From the NCBI GenBank assembly GCA_964621065.1, contig CAZULG010000001.1, positions 11,082 through 75,081 on the forward strand: a stretch of DNA of 64,000 nucleotides, written 5' to 3'. Made by a program: the position numbers and the translations under genes. This document shows, in pieces, positions 30,391 through 41,397 of the stretch; position 1 is the first letter of the stretch; each line of letters opens with the position of its first letter. Under the pieces are notes generated by a model, which worked only from the letters and a program-made list of their open reading frames with translations, had not been told where the DNA came from and searched no databases. This DNA comes from an uncultured Methanosarcinales archaeon. Its GTDB lineage: Archaea > Nanobdellota > Nanobdellia > Woesearchaeales > UBA583.

Positions 30391-30448
30391 ACGCTTTTAT
30401 AGTAATTCAAATTTTATAAACTTACTTGTAGCAAAATTAAGAAGTATT

Positions 30449-30911
30449 CTAGCAACTTCGTTGCTAGTATTAATTCAAGCTGCGAAGCAGCTTAGTCTAC
30501 GAATAATAATATACTTCCTCAGAAGTTATCACTTCCGAACCTTGTGAAAGGAGACATTCACTTTGTTCAATCTCCTGATTATTTTCAAGCTCCTAAGTTC
30601 AAGCTGCGAAGCAGCTTAGTCTACGAATAATAATATTCTACGGATTGTCTCTGCTCATTGTCTTTAACAGAGTGCTTCTTATTAATTCTCGGTCGTTTTG
30701 TATGTTCTTCTCATCCAGCTTTTTTTACACCGTTCGTTTTCAACTCACTCAAAAAAAGTTGTGCAAAAAAACTGCTCTCGCTACACTCAAGCCCCTAAGT
30801 TCAAGCAACGAAGTTGCTTAACTAAGAATAATAATATTCTCCGGATTGTCTCTGCTCATTGTCTTTAACAGAATGCTTCTTATTAATTCTCGGTCGTTTT
30901 GTATGCTCTTC
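30449..30911. repeat. Cluster of GNA mini-hairpins with duplicated/triplicated rli 3' end
   Basis: 30585-30710 is a near-copy of 30787-30911; 30474-30512 is identical to 30598-30636. Hairpins at 30449-30467, 30477-30493, 30601-30617 and 30803-30819. Confidence 0.92.
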
Positions 30912-32576
30912 ACGCCTAAACGTAATATCAACTCCTTTTAAGAAATGATTCATCCCATCTCGCATCCCACTAGGAGAGTTAGCAACTCCTCTAATACTTG
31001 GCTCTCCATCAAATACCATCAATCTGTGTGACAAATAATCCATAAAAATTAAGTCATGATCAATCACAAAACACGCTTTCTCTTTAAGTTCAATAAAATT
31101 TTTAATCACTTTTGCAACCACAAGTCTATCCTCTACGTCTAAAAACGCAGTTGGTTCATCAAGTAAATACACCTGAGCGTCTTCCAATAAACACCGAGCA
31201 ATAGCAAAACGCTGTAACTCTCCCCCTGATAATTCATTAATTTGTTTCTCCTCTAAATTGTGGATTTTTAACGGGTCTAACACATACAATTTATAGAACG
31301 AATCAGTATAATTATTCATCGCACCCAGAACAGACATCACTAAATCATCTTGCTTCTCAATTAACTGCTCTTTATATGAAATCACTTTCCCATCAAGACC
31401 AACTTCATTAACATGCTTCATAAATGTTGATTTTCCAAGAGCATTTCTACCAATAATTCCAATAATCTCTCCTTTTGAAATATGACCTGCTTGAATCTCA
31501 ACTTGAAAATCTCCTCGCTTAACAATTTCTTGAGGCCAACTTACATATGCAGATCTTACTTGCTCATCTAACACACTCTCTTTATTAAACGAAATTGGTT
31601 TATCTCGAAACTGAATATTCTCATCTTTTGAGTACCCTTCTAAATACTCATTCATTCCCTGACGCGCATTTTTAATATTTGTCAACTTTCCATATACACT
31701 TGGCTGACCATACATTAAATGAATATTATCAATTAAAAAATCTAAAATTACCAAATCGTGCTCAACCACTAACGCTGATTTTTCGCCAACTACTTCTTTA
31801 ATAATTTGAGCAGTATTCAATCGCTCATACACATCCAAATAGTTTGTCACTTCATCTAATACATAAAAATTTGCATTCTCTTTCAATAAACACGCACAAA
31901 TTGCAACACGTTGCAGTTCTCCTCCAGACAAGTGTGAAATGTCACGCTCAAGTATTTGCTCAACATTTAAACTCTTCGCTCGCGCTTTAACTTTTTCTTC
32001 GTTACTCTCAACTCTGTGTAGTAAATTTTTTACAACTCCTTTAAATTTTTGAGGAATTTGAATGATTTGTTGTGGTTTAAACGCAACTGTAATATCTTGG
32101 TGCTGCAAAGATGTGAAATATTGTTGCATAATTGTTCCTTTATATTGACCAATAAGTGCTTTAAAATACTCTTCTTTTGTCTCATATGTATTTTCAACAT
32201 CTCCAAAATTTGCTTGAATAAGACCTGCTAAAATTGAAATCACTGTTGACTTTCCAATTCCATTTTTCCCCAAAATACCAACAATTTTGCCATCTTCAAC
32301 ATAAGGTAGATTAAACACACGAAACCCATTTTTACCATATTGATGAATAGGAGGAGTTTTATCTTCATCGGGTAAATTAATAATTGAAATCGCATGAGGG
32401 GCAGCTTTGACGCAAATCCCACACCCTATACATAATACTTCATCAATTAAAAGCTTCTCTCCTTCAAAATACATACAATCAGCTCCTCTACGATTTACAG
32501 GGCAGAGTGATTGAATATGTTTTTTTTCACTCATAACTTTTAATTTTTCATTATTTATAACAGCAAGTCTTGGCAT
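30822..32576 (-). CDS. rli: ABCE1/Rli ribosome recycling ATPase
   Basis: N-terminal Fe-S region (CIGCGIC), GKNGIGKS, two LSGGELQR, ITFRR and RPRINK. Confidence 0.95.
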   Translation of the reverse strand: MPRLAVINNEKLKVMSEKKHIQSLCPVNRRGADCMYFEGEKLLIDEVLCIGCGICVKAAPHAISIINLPDEDKTPPIHQYGKNGFRVFNLPYVEDGKIVGILGKNGIGKSTVISILAGLIQANFGDVENTYETKEEYFKALIGQYKGTIMQQYFTSLQHQDITVAFKPQQIIQIPQKFKGVVKNLLHRVESNEEKVKARAKSLNVEQILERDISHLSGGELQRVAICACLLKENANFYVLDEVTNYLDVYERLNTAQIIKEVVGEKSALVVEHDLVILDFLIDNIHLMYGQPSVYGKLTNIKNARQGMNEYLEGYSKDENIQFRDKPISFNKESVLDEQVRSAYVSWPQEIVKRGDFQVEIQAGHISKGEIIGIIGRNALGKSTFMKHVNEVGLDGKVISYKEQLIEKQDDLVMSVLGAMNNYTDSFYKLYVLDPLKIHNLEEKQINELSGGELQRFAIARCLLEDAQVYLLDEPTAFLDVEDRLVVAKVIKNFIELKEKACFVIDHDLIFMDYLSHRLMVFDGEPSIRGVANSPSGMRDGMNHFLKGVDITFRREEHTKRPRINKKHSVKDNEQRQSGEYYYS

Positions 32577-32667
32577 TTTTTATCTATTCAATTAAATAAT
32601 GAAGAATTAATAAATGTTTAGTAAAAAAATTTGATATATTTAATTAATCCTAATTATTTAGTTTTTA

Positions 32668-33150
32668 CTATTCTCCTTGCAATTTGCTCATTACTTTCTC
32701 CTTGACAACTCTAAGCTCCTCTTCATCACGCTCTTGACCTTCTAAATTCAAGTTCACATTATCTCCTTTATATCTTGGAATAAGATGAATTGCAAAATGT
32801 TGAATTTGTTGGCCTGCTGCTTGTCCGTTTGGAATAATAATTGTCACATCATCACTTTTTAAACTCTCTTGAAGCAGTTGAGCAATTTGTTTTGCGAGTA
32901 CTTGAGCTTGAGATAACACTTCATCTGGAACAAGAGACATCATTAAATAGTGTTCTTTTGGAATTAAAATTGTATGACCATTAGTAATGGGATTAATATC
33001 TAAAAACGCTAAAAAATTATCATCTTCATGAACAGTCTTGTTTGGAATTTCACCACGAATAATTTTACAAAAAATACAATTCTCTTTCATTAACTCAATT
33101 CGTTTTTGTAACTCTTCTTGTGAAATTTGAGATTGTTGTTCCTCTGACAT
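32668..33150 (-). CDS. HIT family protein
   Basis: CIFCKII, AFLDINP, GHTILIPKEH and AGQQIQHFAIHLIPR (degenerate HxHxH). Confidence 0.9.
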   Translation of the reverse strand: MSEEQQSQISQEELQKRIELMKENCIFCKIIRGEIPNKTVHEDDNFLAFLDINPITNGHTILIPKEHYLMMSLVPDEVLSQAQVLAKQIAQLLQESLKSDDVTIIIPNGQAAGQQIQHFAIHLIPRYKGDNVNLNLEGQERDEEELRVVKEKVMSKLQGE

Positions 33151-33265
33151 TTATATTAATTATAATCATTAATCTTTAAAAAATTATGTGTTAACTCATC
33201 TTAGTAAAATTCACTAAACGAGGTTATAACATAACTTTAAAAGGAGAAAATGTGAATAAATAATA

Positions 33266-36200
33266 ATGAATTATCAATTTCTATTTTTAAAAAAATTGTA
33301 TCTTTTTTTTGCATTTTTTGTTCTCTTCTCAATCATCTTAGCGCCTCAGAGTTATGCTATTTGTGAAGTAACATCATTTATTAATCAAACTACTCCATCT
33401 CCTCAGGATAGATCTTGCTCTTCAGATGATGGGTATGTTATTACAGATATTACAGGAGATATTTACTGTAGTAATGACCCATTCAATCCTGGAGATTTTG
33501 AGTTTAAAAAAATAACAATTGAAAATTCAAATATTAACTTTATCAATTGTAACTTTAAATATGCAAGTGGAGCATCTGAAGAAATCGATATTTCAAATTC
33601 AACAATTGCTGGATATGGACTAAAGTTTGAATCACCATCTTCTATTGAAAATAATTTTATTTCAGAATTTACAAATGATTCAACAAATTCATATTATGGT
33701 TTTGAGAATAATTTATTCGATATTTACAAAGGAAATGACTCAACACAAGTGTTTGCTCAAGGTGTTGATATTAAAAGAGGTTTTTCAATTCAAAATACTT
33801 CAAGTGGAAATTTTACGAGTATTTCTAAATTTAATACATTAAAAACAATTCCCGATGTAATTGGAAGTGTTGATATGTATCATGTGTATGTGCCATTTCA
33901 ATCGATAACTAATAGTAGTGCAAATAATGATTTTGATAAATCATACAACATTGAATTTGATTTTGATAGTTCAATTGACTCATTGAATTTCTCTTATTCT
34001 AATTTTTCCTCCCTTGATGTTATTCAAGAAGTTCAGATTCCAAAAAACTATCCTCCAACACCCCTCATTGCTCAATATATGTATAATCCTACAACAAATT
34101 ATCAAGAAATTGAAATTAATTTTGATGAATATGTTCAATCGTTAAATATAACAATACTTGATTCAACAAATCAAGAAGTTTTTAATTATTCAGGTGGAGG
34201 ATTAAAAAATATCAGTTTAGAAAATCTTCCTTTTGATTTAAATGAGAGTGAAGAATATGAAGTTCAATTTGAATACATTGATTATTTTTCAAACGCAGAT
34301 TTGAAAAGTATTATTTTAAAATCACCAAGTATTAATAACACAGAGTTTGAAGATGAGTTTTCATTAAATTATATATTTAACCAATCATCAACTGCAACGT
34401 TAGATGCAACGCTGCAAATTGAACCAACAGCAATCTCAACTCCACTCTCCTCACTAGAATTCTCGTCAACTTCACTCTCAAGCCCATTATTTAATATTAC
34501 AAATTCAACTCAAATAACATTTAACTCAAGCTCAATATTTACAATTCCAACAAACTCAAGTTTCTATCAACCTCACAAAGGAGTTATTTCATCTTCTGCG
34601 TTTAATTCATCTCCTGTTGTACAACTCGATAATTCTTCATTTGCTCAATCAACACGTAATAGAGATGGAAATTTTCAATATTCAATTTCTACTCCTAGAA
34701 ATGTATTTGAGATTTTAAACAATACTAAAATCACACCTCAATTTCCTGAAGATATTTATTTTAATAAATCATTTACACTTGAAGCATTATATCTTCAAAC
34801 AAGTGATAATTCACTCATATCTCCCTCCTCGTGTACTATTTACTACAACACACTAACCCCAACACAAACCGTTCAAAATATGACCTTTCAACCATCTCTT
34901 TCAACATTTAATACTTCAATATTATTCAGAGAGTTTTACCCACTCCAACAACCCTTAACTATTCAATGTTCAAATGAACTTGGACTTGAGAATGTATCTA
35001 ATACATTTACAATTAATCAAACAACCCAACCAATTGATAATTTTACAAGTGATATCTCTTACAATCCTAAAAGCCCAGGATCATTTACAACAATTGAAAA
35101 AGAGCTCAATATTAGTATTTCATCTCAAGGTTCTCAAAATATTAACTCTAATTTTGATAATGAATACTCAGTTATGATTTCTCGAATTGAATATTTAAGA
35201 GAGGGATGGAATACGAGCAGAAATTTAACAAATTGGATCAATATTGGAAAAAATGAAGAAGCAAGATTTTCGCATAGCGATCTGAACTATTCTAAATCAA
35301 TTAGACTTGATTTAGAAAATTCTTCAACTCAACAATTAAATAATAGTTTCATATTTAGAGATATTAAAGATGAAAATGGAGATGCAATTTCTTTATTTGT
35401 TATTGTAAAATCTTGTGTACCACCGTATTCAAATGAAGCATGTGAATTTTTCTCTAACTCATCTCAATTTTATATCTTTCAAGACTCAACTCCTCCACTG
35501 CTTTATGATTTTGCGCTTAGAAATATGACCAATGATGATAATTTTTACATAAGAATTAATGTTGATGATTTAGAAAGTGATATTGAATACGCAAATATGA
35601 GATTTTCAAATGCACATAACACCTCAGACTCATTCTCCCTTCCACTCACAAATTACATTAGTGAAGAACTTGGAATTCAAAATGCACCATTAAATAGTAT
35701 CTCATCAATTGAAGAAGGAATTTTATATAATCTCTCAATTAATACTTCAAATAACAATAACATTGCAAATGAAAATCTTGATATTCAAAACCAACTGCTT
35801 CTTGATAACCAGCCGCCTAGTAATTCAAGTCTTCAATTACTCGATACATCTTTATACAATACTTCACATAATAGATTTTACACTAACAATGGAACTCAAG
35901 TTAAGTTTAATATAACATCTGGATTTGATAATTTTATTGGATATCAAAATAATAGTGGAATTAGTCACTACAATCTTACACTATATTCTATGTCAAATGA
36001 TTGCTCAATTCGAGAAAATCAATCAAACTCAATATCAAACAATATTAGTGATAATCAAACCCAAATTATAACTCTCAATATGACTCAAGACACGTGTAAT
36101 GAGCTTGAACTTGTTGTGTTTGATAACGCTGGAAATCAAGAAGTTGTGGATACACTTGAAATAGTTGTTGATACAACCCCTCCAACATTTAATAATGTAG

Positions 36201-39200
36201 ATGGACAACTCAAAATATCACCTATAGGCTCTAACAGCAAATTTTTTAACAGAGATAATCTCAACAAAGACTCAGTTTTATTTAGTTATCAATACGATAT
36301 AAGTGATGATTTAACACCTTTAAAGGAAATCACAGTTAATTTGTATGAGAAACTTAATACAACTGGAGCATCTTCTAATTTAGTTAAACAACTTAATGTC
36401 TCAACTGATTCAAAACAAATTGATTTTACGCTTAGTAATTATTCATTTAAAGATAATCGAAAGTATAAAATTGGAATTGTTGCAGAAAATTTTGCTCAAC
36501 TGCAAACTCCTCAAATTGAATCTTCTGAAATATTTCTAGGATTAACATCCTCTCTCAATATTACACCAAAAGGATTTTTACGAGAAGATGATAATTCATT
36601 TTATTACTCACCACAATTTCTCAATGGAGCTAATTATCCACTTGAATTTAATAATAATAATCAAGCAGATGTAAGTTGTTCTCTTAATACAATTATTCAA
36701 AATTATTCTCTAAGTGATACAAATCAATGCAGTTTAAGTCCAGATAGTTCAATTCTCTCTTGTCAAGCATCTCAAAGTGATATTGAGCAATACGAATACG
36801 TTATTGCAAATTGTTTCATCAGTAATGTTGAAGAAGATGTTCAAGAATATTTCTCTAAAAATATCTCATTTACAACTCTTAATCAAACAAGTAGAGCAGA
36901 TATTGATTTTCAAGTTATCCCAAATAGAACATTTTTCTTTGATAATGAGACAATTGGATTTAATTTTACAACAAAAAATGATAGAGATGATGCTACATAT
37001 TTATTAGAGCAAACACTCAACTCCCCCACAAATAATATTAGTTCAATGAAATTTAATCAAAAAGGACAAAATTTAACACGAGATAATTTGAGTAATTTTA
37101 ACACCTCAATCACACCAACTGCGTCTCAATCTTTTTTCATATTTAATAATTCATATAATAAAACTTCACCTGTGCTCAATTTTACATATAATGGACTCAT
37201 TCCAATATATGAATTTAAATTTAATAATTCTATAAATCAATCACAAATTAACTTGTTAATAGAAAATTTTTTAAGTGAAAATCAAAATGTTGAAGATAAA
37301 CTAACTACTAATTTAACAGTTAATCTCACAGCACCTATCACTAATAGTTTTACTCTTAACACTTCAAATTTTAATAGAAAATTAGACTTTGATACAAGCA
37401 TTATTGAACACGAATTTATGATTCCTAATTTGAATAATAATCAACTCACATTTGAAGCATTAATTGATCAGAGTAATAAATTTGAGGATATTTATTTGAA
37501 AAATTTAAGCACTTACACGTCTTACTTAAACTATAGCACTTCTAATACATTTAATTTTGAATTTTTTGATTATTTCTCATTTGATAATAATGTGACATTC
37601 TCATTCAATTCAACTGATGAGCCAGATGAGCTGCAACTAAACTCATCTCAAAGTTTTAATTTGACACTTGATCCAACTCAAATTAACAAAATTAATTTAT
37701 CTAAATTCATCATTAACAACAATACACAAATTCCTAGCAGTCTCTATTCTATCTCAACACAAATCTCAAATACTCCTTCAACGCTTGAATACAGTTTAAA
37801 CAATAATTCTAAAAATACAGTTGAAGAAGAGTTAATGCTCTATTTAAATGATGGAATAACTAATTCTGAGCAAACAATTGATGTAGTTATGAGTGATAAT
37901 TTTGGATCCTCAGTTTCATTTGAATTAAATTTAAATTGGAATTTAAGTCAAATTAATAGCAGTAGTTATGATATGTCTGAATTCAATACAAATATTTCAA
38001 ATTTCATTACAAAAAAGCAATCATCTTGGTACATTGATTTTGGTGTGGAGCAGAATATAATCTCTCAAATCTCATTTGAAATCGAAAATTCAACAGTTGA
38101 ATATCCTCTCAATATAGATGGTAAAGTGAATGATTCAATTTATACTCTTGCATTTACAAAACAAATTTATGATGAGCTCCATAACAAGTATTTCAATGAA
38201 GATGTTTATGAAGTAGATATCTCAACCACATACACAACTCCTTTTGATATTGAATTTACAGTTAATGATACAATAGAGTTTGATTTTGATGTGAATGAAA
38301 ATACTATTTCAGATAGATTTGACATAGATTTAGATAATAATGGTATTAATGATTTAATACAATCAATAATCTATAATAAAAGTCTTGTGTTCAATATTCC
38401 TACTTCAAATGTAGAAGAAACATTTAATCTTACAAATACGAGTTATTTTAATATCTCATCTGATGTATTTAATTCAAATATTATAATTTCATGGAATGAT
38501 AACAACTCAAATGTGTGGGACTTTTCTTCAACGTATGTGAATATAGAAGAAGTTGAAATTGAAAATTTTAATAAAGTTGGTTCAAGAATGAGCATTGATA
38601 AGTTCCCTAAATTTGATTCAAAAAAATCAATTCAAGTTCCAAAAATTTCTCAAAATAGTGAGTTACAATATTGTATAGGAAATAACGAAAATCTTCAAAC
38701 TTCTAGTAGTTGTAGCGGTAGTGATGAATATCTTGTTGAGAGTTGTGACTCATCAATTGGTGGAGGAATTGAATGTGTTGAAGAGTCTAATAGCTTGACA
38801 TTTACAAATCTCTCATTTACAACTATTGAGACCATTTGCAGTTCTTGTGAAGAAAGTAATGATGACTCCTCTGATGATTCTTCTGGAAATGATAATGATG
38901 GAAGTTCTGGAGGAGGTTCTAGCAGTGGTGGCTCTTCAAGTGGTGGAGGCGGAGGAAGTTCTGGAGGAGGATTTGTAACACAACCCGATATTGAAGAAAA
39001 TAAATCAGATGAGGATGAATCTCAACAAGATGAAGAAAATGGTAGCAATAATGAACCCGAAGAAGTAGAAGAAGTTGATGAAAATGATACTCAAACAACT
39101 GAAGATTCTGATAATGAAAACAATAACAATAATGAAGAAAATCAAACAACTACTTCTGAAGAAAATGAACAAGAAAATGCTCAAGATGAAGTTCCCACTA

Positions 39201-39790
39201 CACCTGAAGAAGAGTCTTCAATGTCTACAATATTAATAGCAGCAGTAATTATTTTGCTACTAATAGTTGCTATTGTTGGTGTTTATTTATATCAACAAAA
39301 GAAGAAAAAGAAAAGAACATCAGCTCTTAGTGTTAAAAATTATAAACAACAAAGTAGCCTATCTAACGAAAAAACACAAAGACCTTTAACTTCTCTAACA
39401 CTTAGAGAAAGAGAAGAATTTTTAACTAAAATTGGGCCATTAATCTATAAAAAAACTCCGTTAAGTGTAATTGCAAAGAAATATAATATTTCTACTAAAA
39501 AAGATATTCAAGAACTATTAAATATGATATATGTAGACACATTTATTGAAAACATTAAAAGAGAACTTGAGAAAAAAACATTTATGCTTACTCCTCAAAT
39601 TATCTCAGAGTTGAAAAATACAAAGTGGTTTAATTCTCTCAATCCATGCTCTGACAATTCTTCATATTTAAGAGATTTAGGCTTTTTCATATCTCAATAC
39701 AAAATAACTCATGTGTTCAACTCAAATGAATTAAAAGAAATAATTACTGATTCTATTTATGAAGAAATATCATCTCAAAATGAAAACTAA
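33266..39790 (+). CDS. Giant (2174 aa) cell-surface glycoprotein/adhesin-like protein
   Basis: Signal peptide, N/S/T-rich body with many N-x-S/T sequons, D(S/N/T)xPP Ig-like junctions, Gly/Ser and acidic linker, TM plus poly-K stop-transfer, about 160-aa cytoplasmic tail. Confidence 0.8.
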   Translation: MNYQFLFLKKLYLFFAFFVLFSIILAPQSYAICEVTSFINQTTPSPQDRSCSSDDGYVITDITGDIYCSNDPFNPGDFEFKKITIENSNINFINCNFKYASGASEEIDISNSTIAGYGLKFESPSSIENNFISEFTNDSTNSYYGFENNLFDIYKGNDSTQVFAQGVDIKRGFSIQNTSSGNFTSISKFNTLKTIPDVIGSVDMYHVYVPFQSITNSSANNDFDKSYNIEFDFDSSIDSLNFSYSNFSSLDVIQEVQIPKNYPPTPLIAQYMYNPTTNYQEIEINFDEYVQSLNITILDSTNQEVFNYSGGGLKNISLENLPFDLNESEEYEVQFEYIDYFSNADLKSIILKSPSINNTEFEDEFSLNYIFNQSSTATLDATLQIEPTAISTPLSSLEFSSTSLSSPLFNITNSTQITFNSSSIFTIPTNSSFYQPHKGVISSSAFNSSPVVQLDNSSFAQSTRNRDGNFQYSISTPRNVFEILNNTKITPQFPEDIYFNKSFTLEALYLQTSDNSLISPSSCTIYYNTLTPTQTVQNMTFQPSLSTFNTSILFREFYPLQQPLTIQCSNELGLENVSNTFTINQTTQPIDNFTSDISYNPKSPGSFTTIEKELNISISSQGSQNINSNFDNEYSVMISRIEYLREGWNTSRNLTNWINIGKNEEARFSHSDLNYSKSIRLDLENSSTQQLNNSFIFRDIKDENGDAISLFVIVKSCVPPYSNEACEFFSNSSQFYIFQDSTPPLLYDFALRNMTNDDNFYIRINVDDLESDIEYANMRFSNAHNTSDSFSLPLTNYISEELGIQNAPLNSISSIEEGILYNLSINTSNNNNIANENLDIQNQLLLDNQPPSNSSLQLLDTSLYNTSHNRFYTNNGTQVKFNITSGFDNFIGYQNNSGISHYNLTLYSMSNDCSIRENQSNSISNNISDNQTQIITLNMTQDTCNELELVVFDNAGNQEVVDTLEIVVDTTPPTFNNVDGQLKISPIGSNSKFFNRDNLNKDSVLFSYQYDISDDLTPLKEITVNLYEKLNTTGASSNLVKQLNVSTDSKQIDFTLSNYSFKDNRKYKIGIVAENFAQLQTPQIESSEIFLGLTSSLNITPKGFLREDDNSFYYSPQFLNGANYPLEFNNNNQADVSCSLNTIIQNYSLSDTNQCSLSPDSSILSCQASQSDIEQYEYVIANCFISNVEEDVQEYFSKNISFTTLNQTSRADIDFQVIPNRTFFFDNETIGFNFTTKNDRDDATYLLEQTLNSPTNNISSMKFNQKGQNLTRDNLSNFNTSITPTASQSFFIFNNSYNKTSPVLNFTYNGLIPIYEFKFNNSINQSQINLLIENFLSENQNVEDKLTTNLTVNLTAPITNSFTLNTSNFNRKLDFDTSIIEHEFMIPNLNNNQLTFEALIDQSNKFEDIYLKNLSTYTSYLNYSTSNTFNFEFFDYFSFDNNVTFSFNSTDEPDELQLNSSQSFNLTLDPTQINKINLSKFIINNNTQIPSSLYSISTQISNTPSTLEYSLNNNSKNTVEEELMLYLNDGITNSEQTIDVVMSDNFGSSVSFELNLNWNLSQINSSSYDMSEFNTNISNFITKKQSSWYIDFGVEQNIISQISFEIENSTVEYPLNIDGKVNDSIYTLAFTKQIYDELHNKYFNEDVYEVDISTTYTTPFDIEFTVNDTIEFDFDVNENTISDRFDIDLDNNGINDLIQSIIYNKSLVFNIPTSNVEETFNLTNTSYFNISSDVFNSNIIISWNDNNSNVWDFSSTYVNIEEVEIENFNKVGSRMSIDKFPKFDSKKSIQVPKISQNSELQYCIGNNENLQTSSSCSGSDEYLVESCDSSIGGGIECVEESNSLTFTNLSFTTIETICSSCEESNDDSSDDSSGNDNDGSSGGGSSSGGSSSGGGGGSSGGGFVTQPDIEENKSDEDESQQDEENGSNNEPEEVEEVDENDTQTTEDSDNENNNNNEENQTTTSEENEQENAQDEVPTTPEEESSMSTILIAAVIILLLIVAIVGVYLYQQKKKKKRTSALSVKNYKQQSSLSNEKTQRPLTSLTLREREEFLTKIGPLIYKKTPLSVIAKKYNISTKKDIQELLNMIYVDTFIENIKRELEKKTFMLTPQIISELKNTKWFNSLNPCSDNSSYLRDLGFFISQYKITHVFNSNELKEIITDSIYEEISSQNEN

Positions 39791-39823
39791 TATTTATTAA
39801 ATTTTGTATTTCTTAATAAGAAT

Positions 39824-40291
39824 ATGAAAATACTATTTGGATGTGATCATGCAGGGTTTGAAAAAAAACATTTTGTATTTGAAGCGTTAGAATCTCTACA
39901 CTGTGAATATGAAGATATGGGTGTATATACCAAAGAGAAAGGTGATATGTATCCTAGAATTGCTAAAGATGTGTGCACAAGATATCTTAAAGATGATTCT
40001 ATGGATTTTGCAATATTAATGTGTGGAAGTGGGACTGGAATGGCAATTGCTGCGAATCGGATAAATGGTATTCGAGCAGTACTCTGTTACGATGAGTATT
40101 CTGCTAAAATGGCACGTTTAGACAATAATGCTAATGTGTTGTGTTTGCGCGCTCGAGAATTTGATAATAATTTATATTATCAAATTATTAAAAACTTTTT
40201 AGAAACAAATTTTAGTGAAGAAGAGAGACATAAAAAACGAGTTGAACAATTAGATATTGTCAACCACGAAGAATTTGATGAATTTAAGTAA
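39824..40291 (+). CDS. rpiB: Ribose-5-phosphate isomerase B
   Basis: GCDHAGF, CGSGTGMAIAANRINGIRA, NNANVLCL and RHKKRV. Confidence 0.93.
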   Translation: MKILFGCDHAGFEKKHFVFEALESLHCEYEDMGVYTKEKGDMYPRIAKDVCTRYLKDDSMDFAILMCGSGTGMAIAANRINGIRAVLCYDEYSAKMARLDNNANVLCLRAREFDNNLYYQIIKNFLETNFSEEERHKKRVEQLDIVNHEEFDEFK

Positions 40292-40342
40292 TTAATTTAA
40301 TGAATTATAATATTTGTTTTGTAATAAAAGATTAAAAAAATA

Positions 40343-41257
40343 TTAATTTTGTGGAGGACGTGGAGGCTCATTATTAAAACTACTTTCTGCTTGCTCCATA
40401 TTTTCTTGACTTGGAGTACTTGGTTGCTCACTTGAGAATCTCTTCATCGCGTCTTGTGTAGACATTCCTCGAATTTGTATATCTCGCAGCGCCTTTGTCA
40501 TTTCAATTGGTTCTTTATGTTGCCAAATATTTCTCCCAATTGCAAATCCAAACACACCACAATTATCTACTTCTTTAACTTGGTCTAAAAATTCTTGTGT
40601 TGTGTTTGTTTTATTTCCTCCTGCCATAAGCATTCTTGCTCGTCCACCACATCGAATTTGAGCTTTCATATCTTCAGGATTCCCATTATATTTCATCTTT
40701 AACATATCAGCTCCTAACTCAAGTCCAACTCGAGCTGAGTATTGCAGTGTTTGTGCATCAGTATCATTCTCTACAGCCTCTCCACGAGGATACATCCATG
40801 AAGTTACAGGAAGCCCATATTCATGTGCTTCTTCTTGAACATATCTAAAATCTTCAAAAATTTTAGCTTCGTGCTTGCTTCCAACAAAATTTGTAAATCC
40901 AATTGCACTAGCTCCCAACTCAACTGCTCGCTTTACAGAACACGTAAGAGGAGAGTAGGGATCATCATGCTTTCTCATCGCAGTTTTTCCATTCACTTTT
41001 AAAATTAAATTTGTCTTATAAGAATTTGCATATTTCTCAGCAAGTCCTTTTTGACAAATGAACCCATCAACTTCTCCTTTCTCAGCAACTGAGAATACGT
41101 GCTCTGGATTAATTGATGTTTCATCAAATTCATATACTCCATGCTCTAAACCTTGATCTTGAGCTAAGTATAACGCCTTATTATTTGTAGATAATTTCGT
41201 TGTAATTATCTTGTCAATTTCTTTTTGGTTATGAAATGAATATCCAAATAGTCCCAT
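40343..41257 (-). CDS. Class I fructose-bisphosphate aldolase (DhnA type)
   Basis: LAQDQGLEHG, LILKVNG, AVELGASAIG, WMYPRG, LGADMLK and AIGRNIWQ. Confidence 0.92.
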   Translation of the reverse strand: MGLFGYSFHNQKEIDKIITTKLSTNNKALYLAQDQGLEHGVYEFDETSINPEHVFSVAEKGEVDGFICQKGLAEKYANSYKTNLILKVNGKTAMRKHDDPYSPLTCSVKRAVELGASAIGFTNFVGSKHEAKIFEDFRYVQEEAHEYGLPVTSWMYPRGEAVENDTDAQTLQYSARVGLELGADMLKMKYNGNPEDMKAQIRCGGRARMLMAGGNKTNTTQEFLDQVKEVDNCGVFGFAIGRNIWQHKEPIEMTKALRDIQIRGMSTQDAMKRFSSEQPSTPSQENMEQAESSFNNEPPRPPQN

Positions 41258-41397
41258 ATTAATATATATTACAAAATTGTGAGATATTAATACTTTACAA
41301 CTATTATGTAGAGATAACTTATGAATTAGTAATAACTAAGAATTTGCATTTATTCTACAAATTTAATTAATTCAATTTAATTCTTATTAATTCATTA

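Noticed and set aside
30449..30911. Possible CRISPR mini-array or DGR template/variable repeat
   Set aside because: Repeats include rli coding sequence, spacing is irregular, differences are not adenine-specific, and no cas or reverse transcriptase gene is in the window.
38860..39210. Gly/Ser and acidic low-complexity repeats
   Set aside because: Ordinary linker of the large surface protein.
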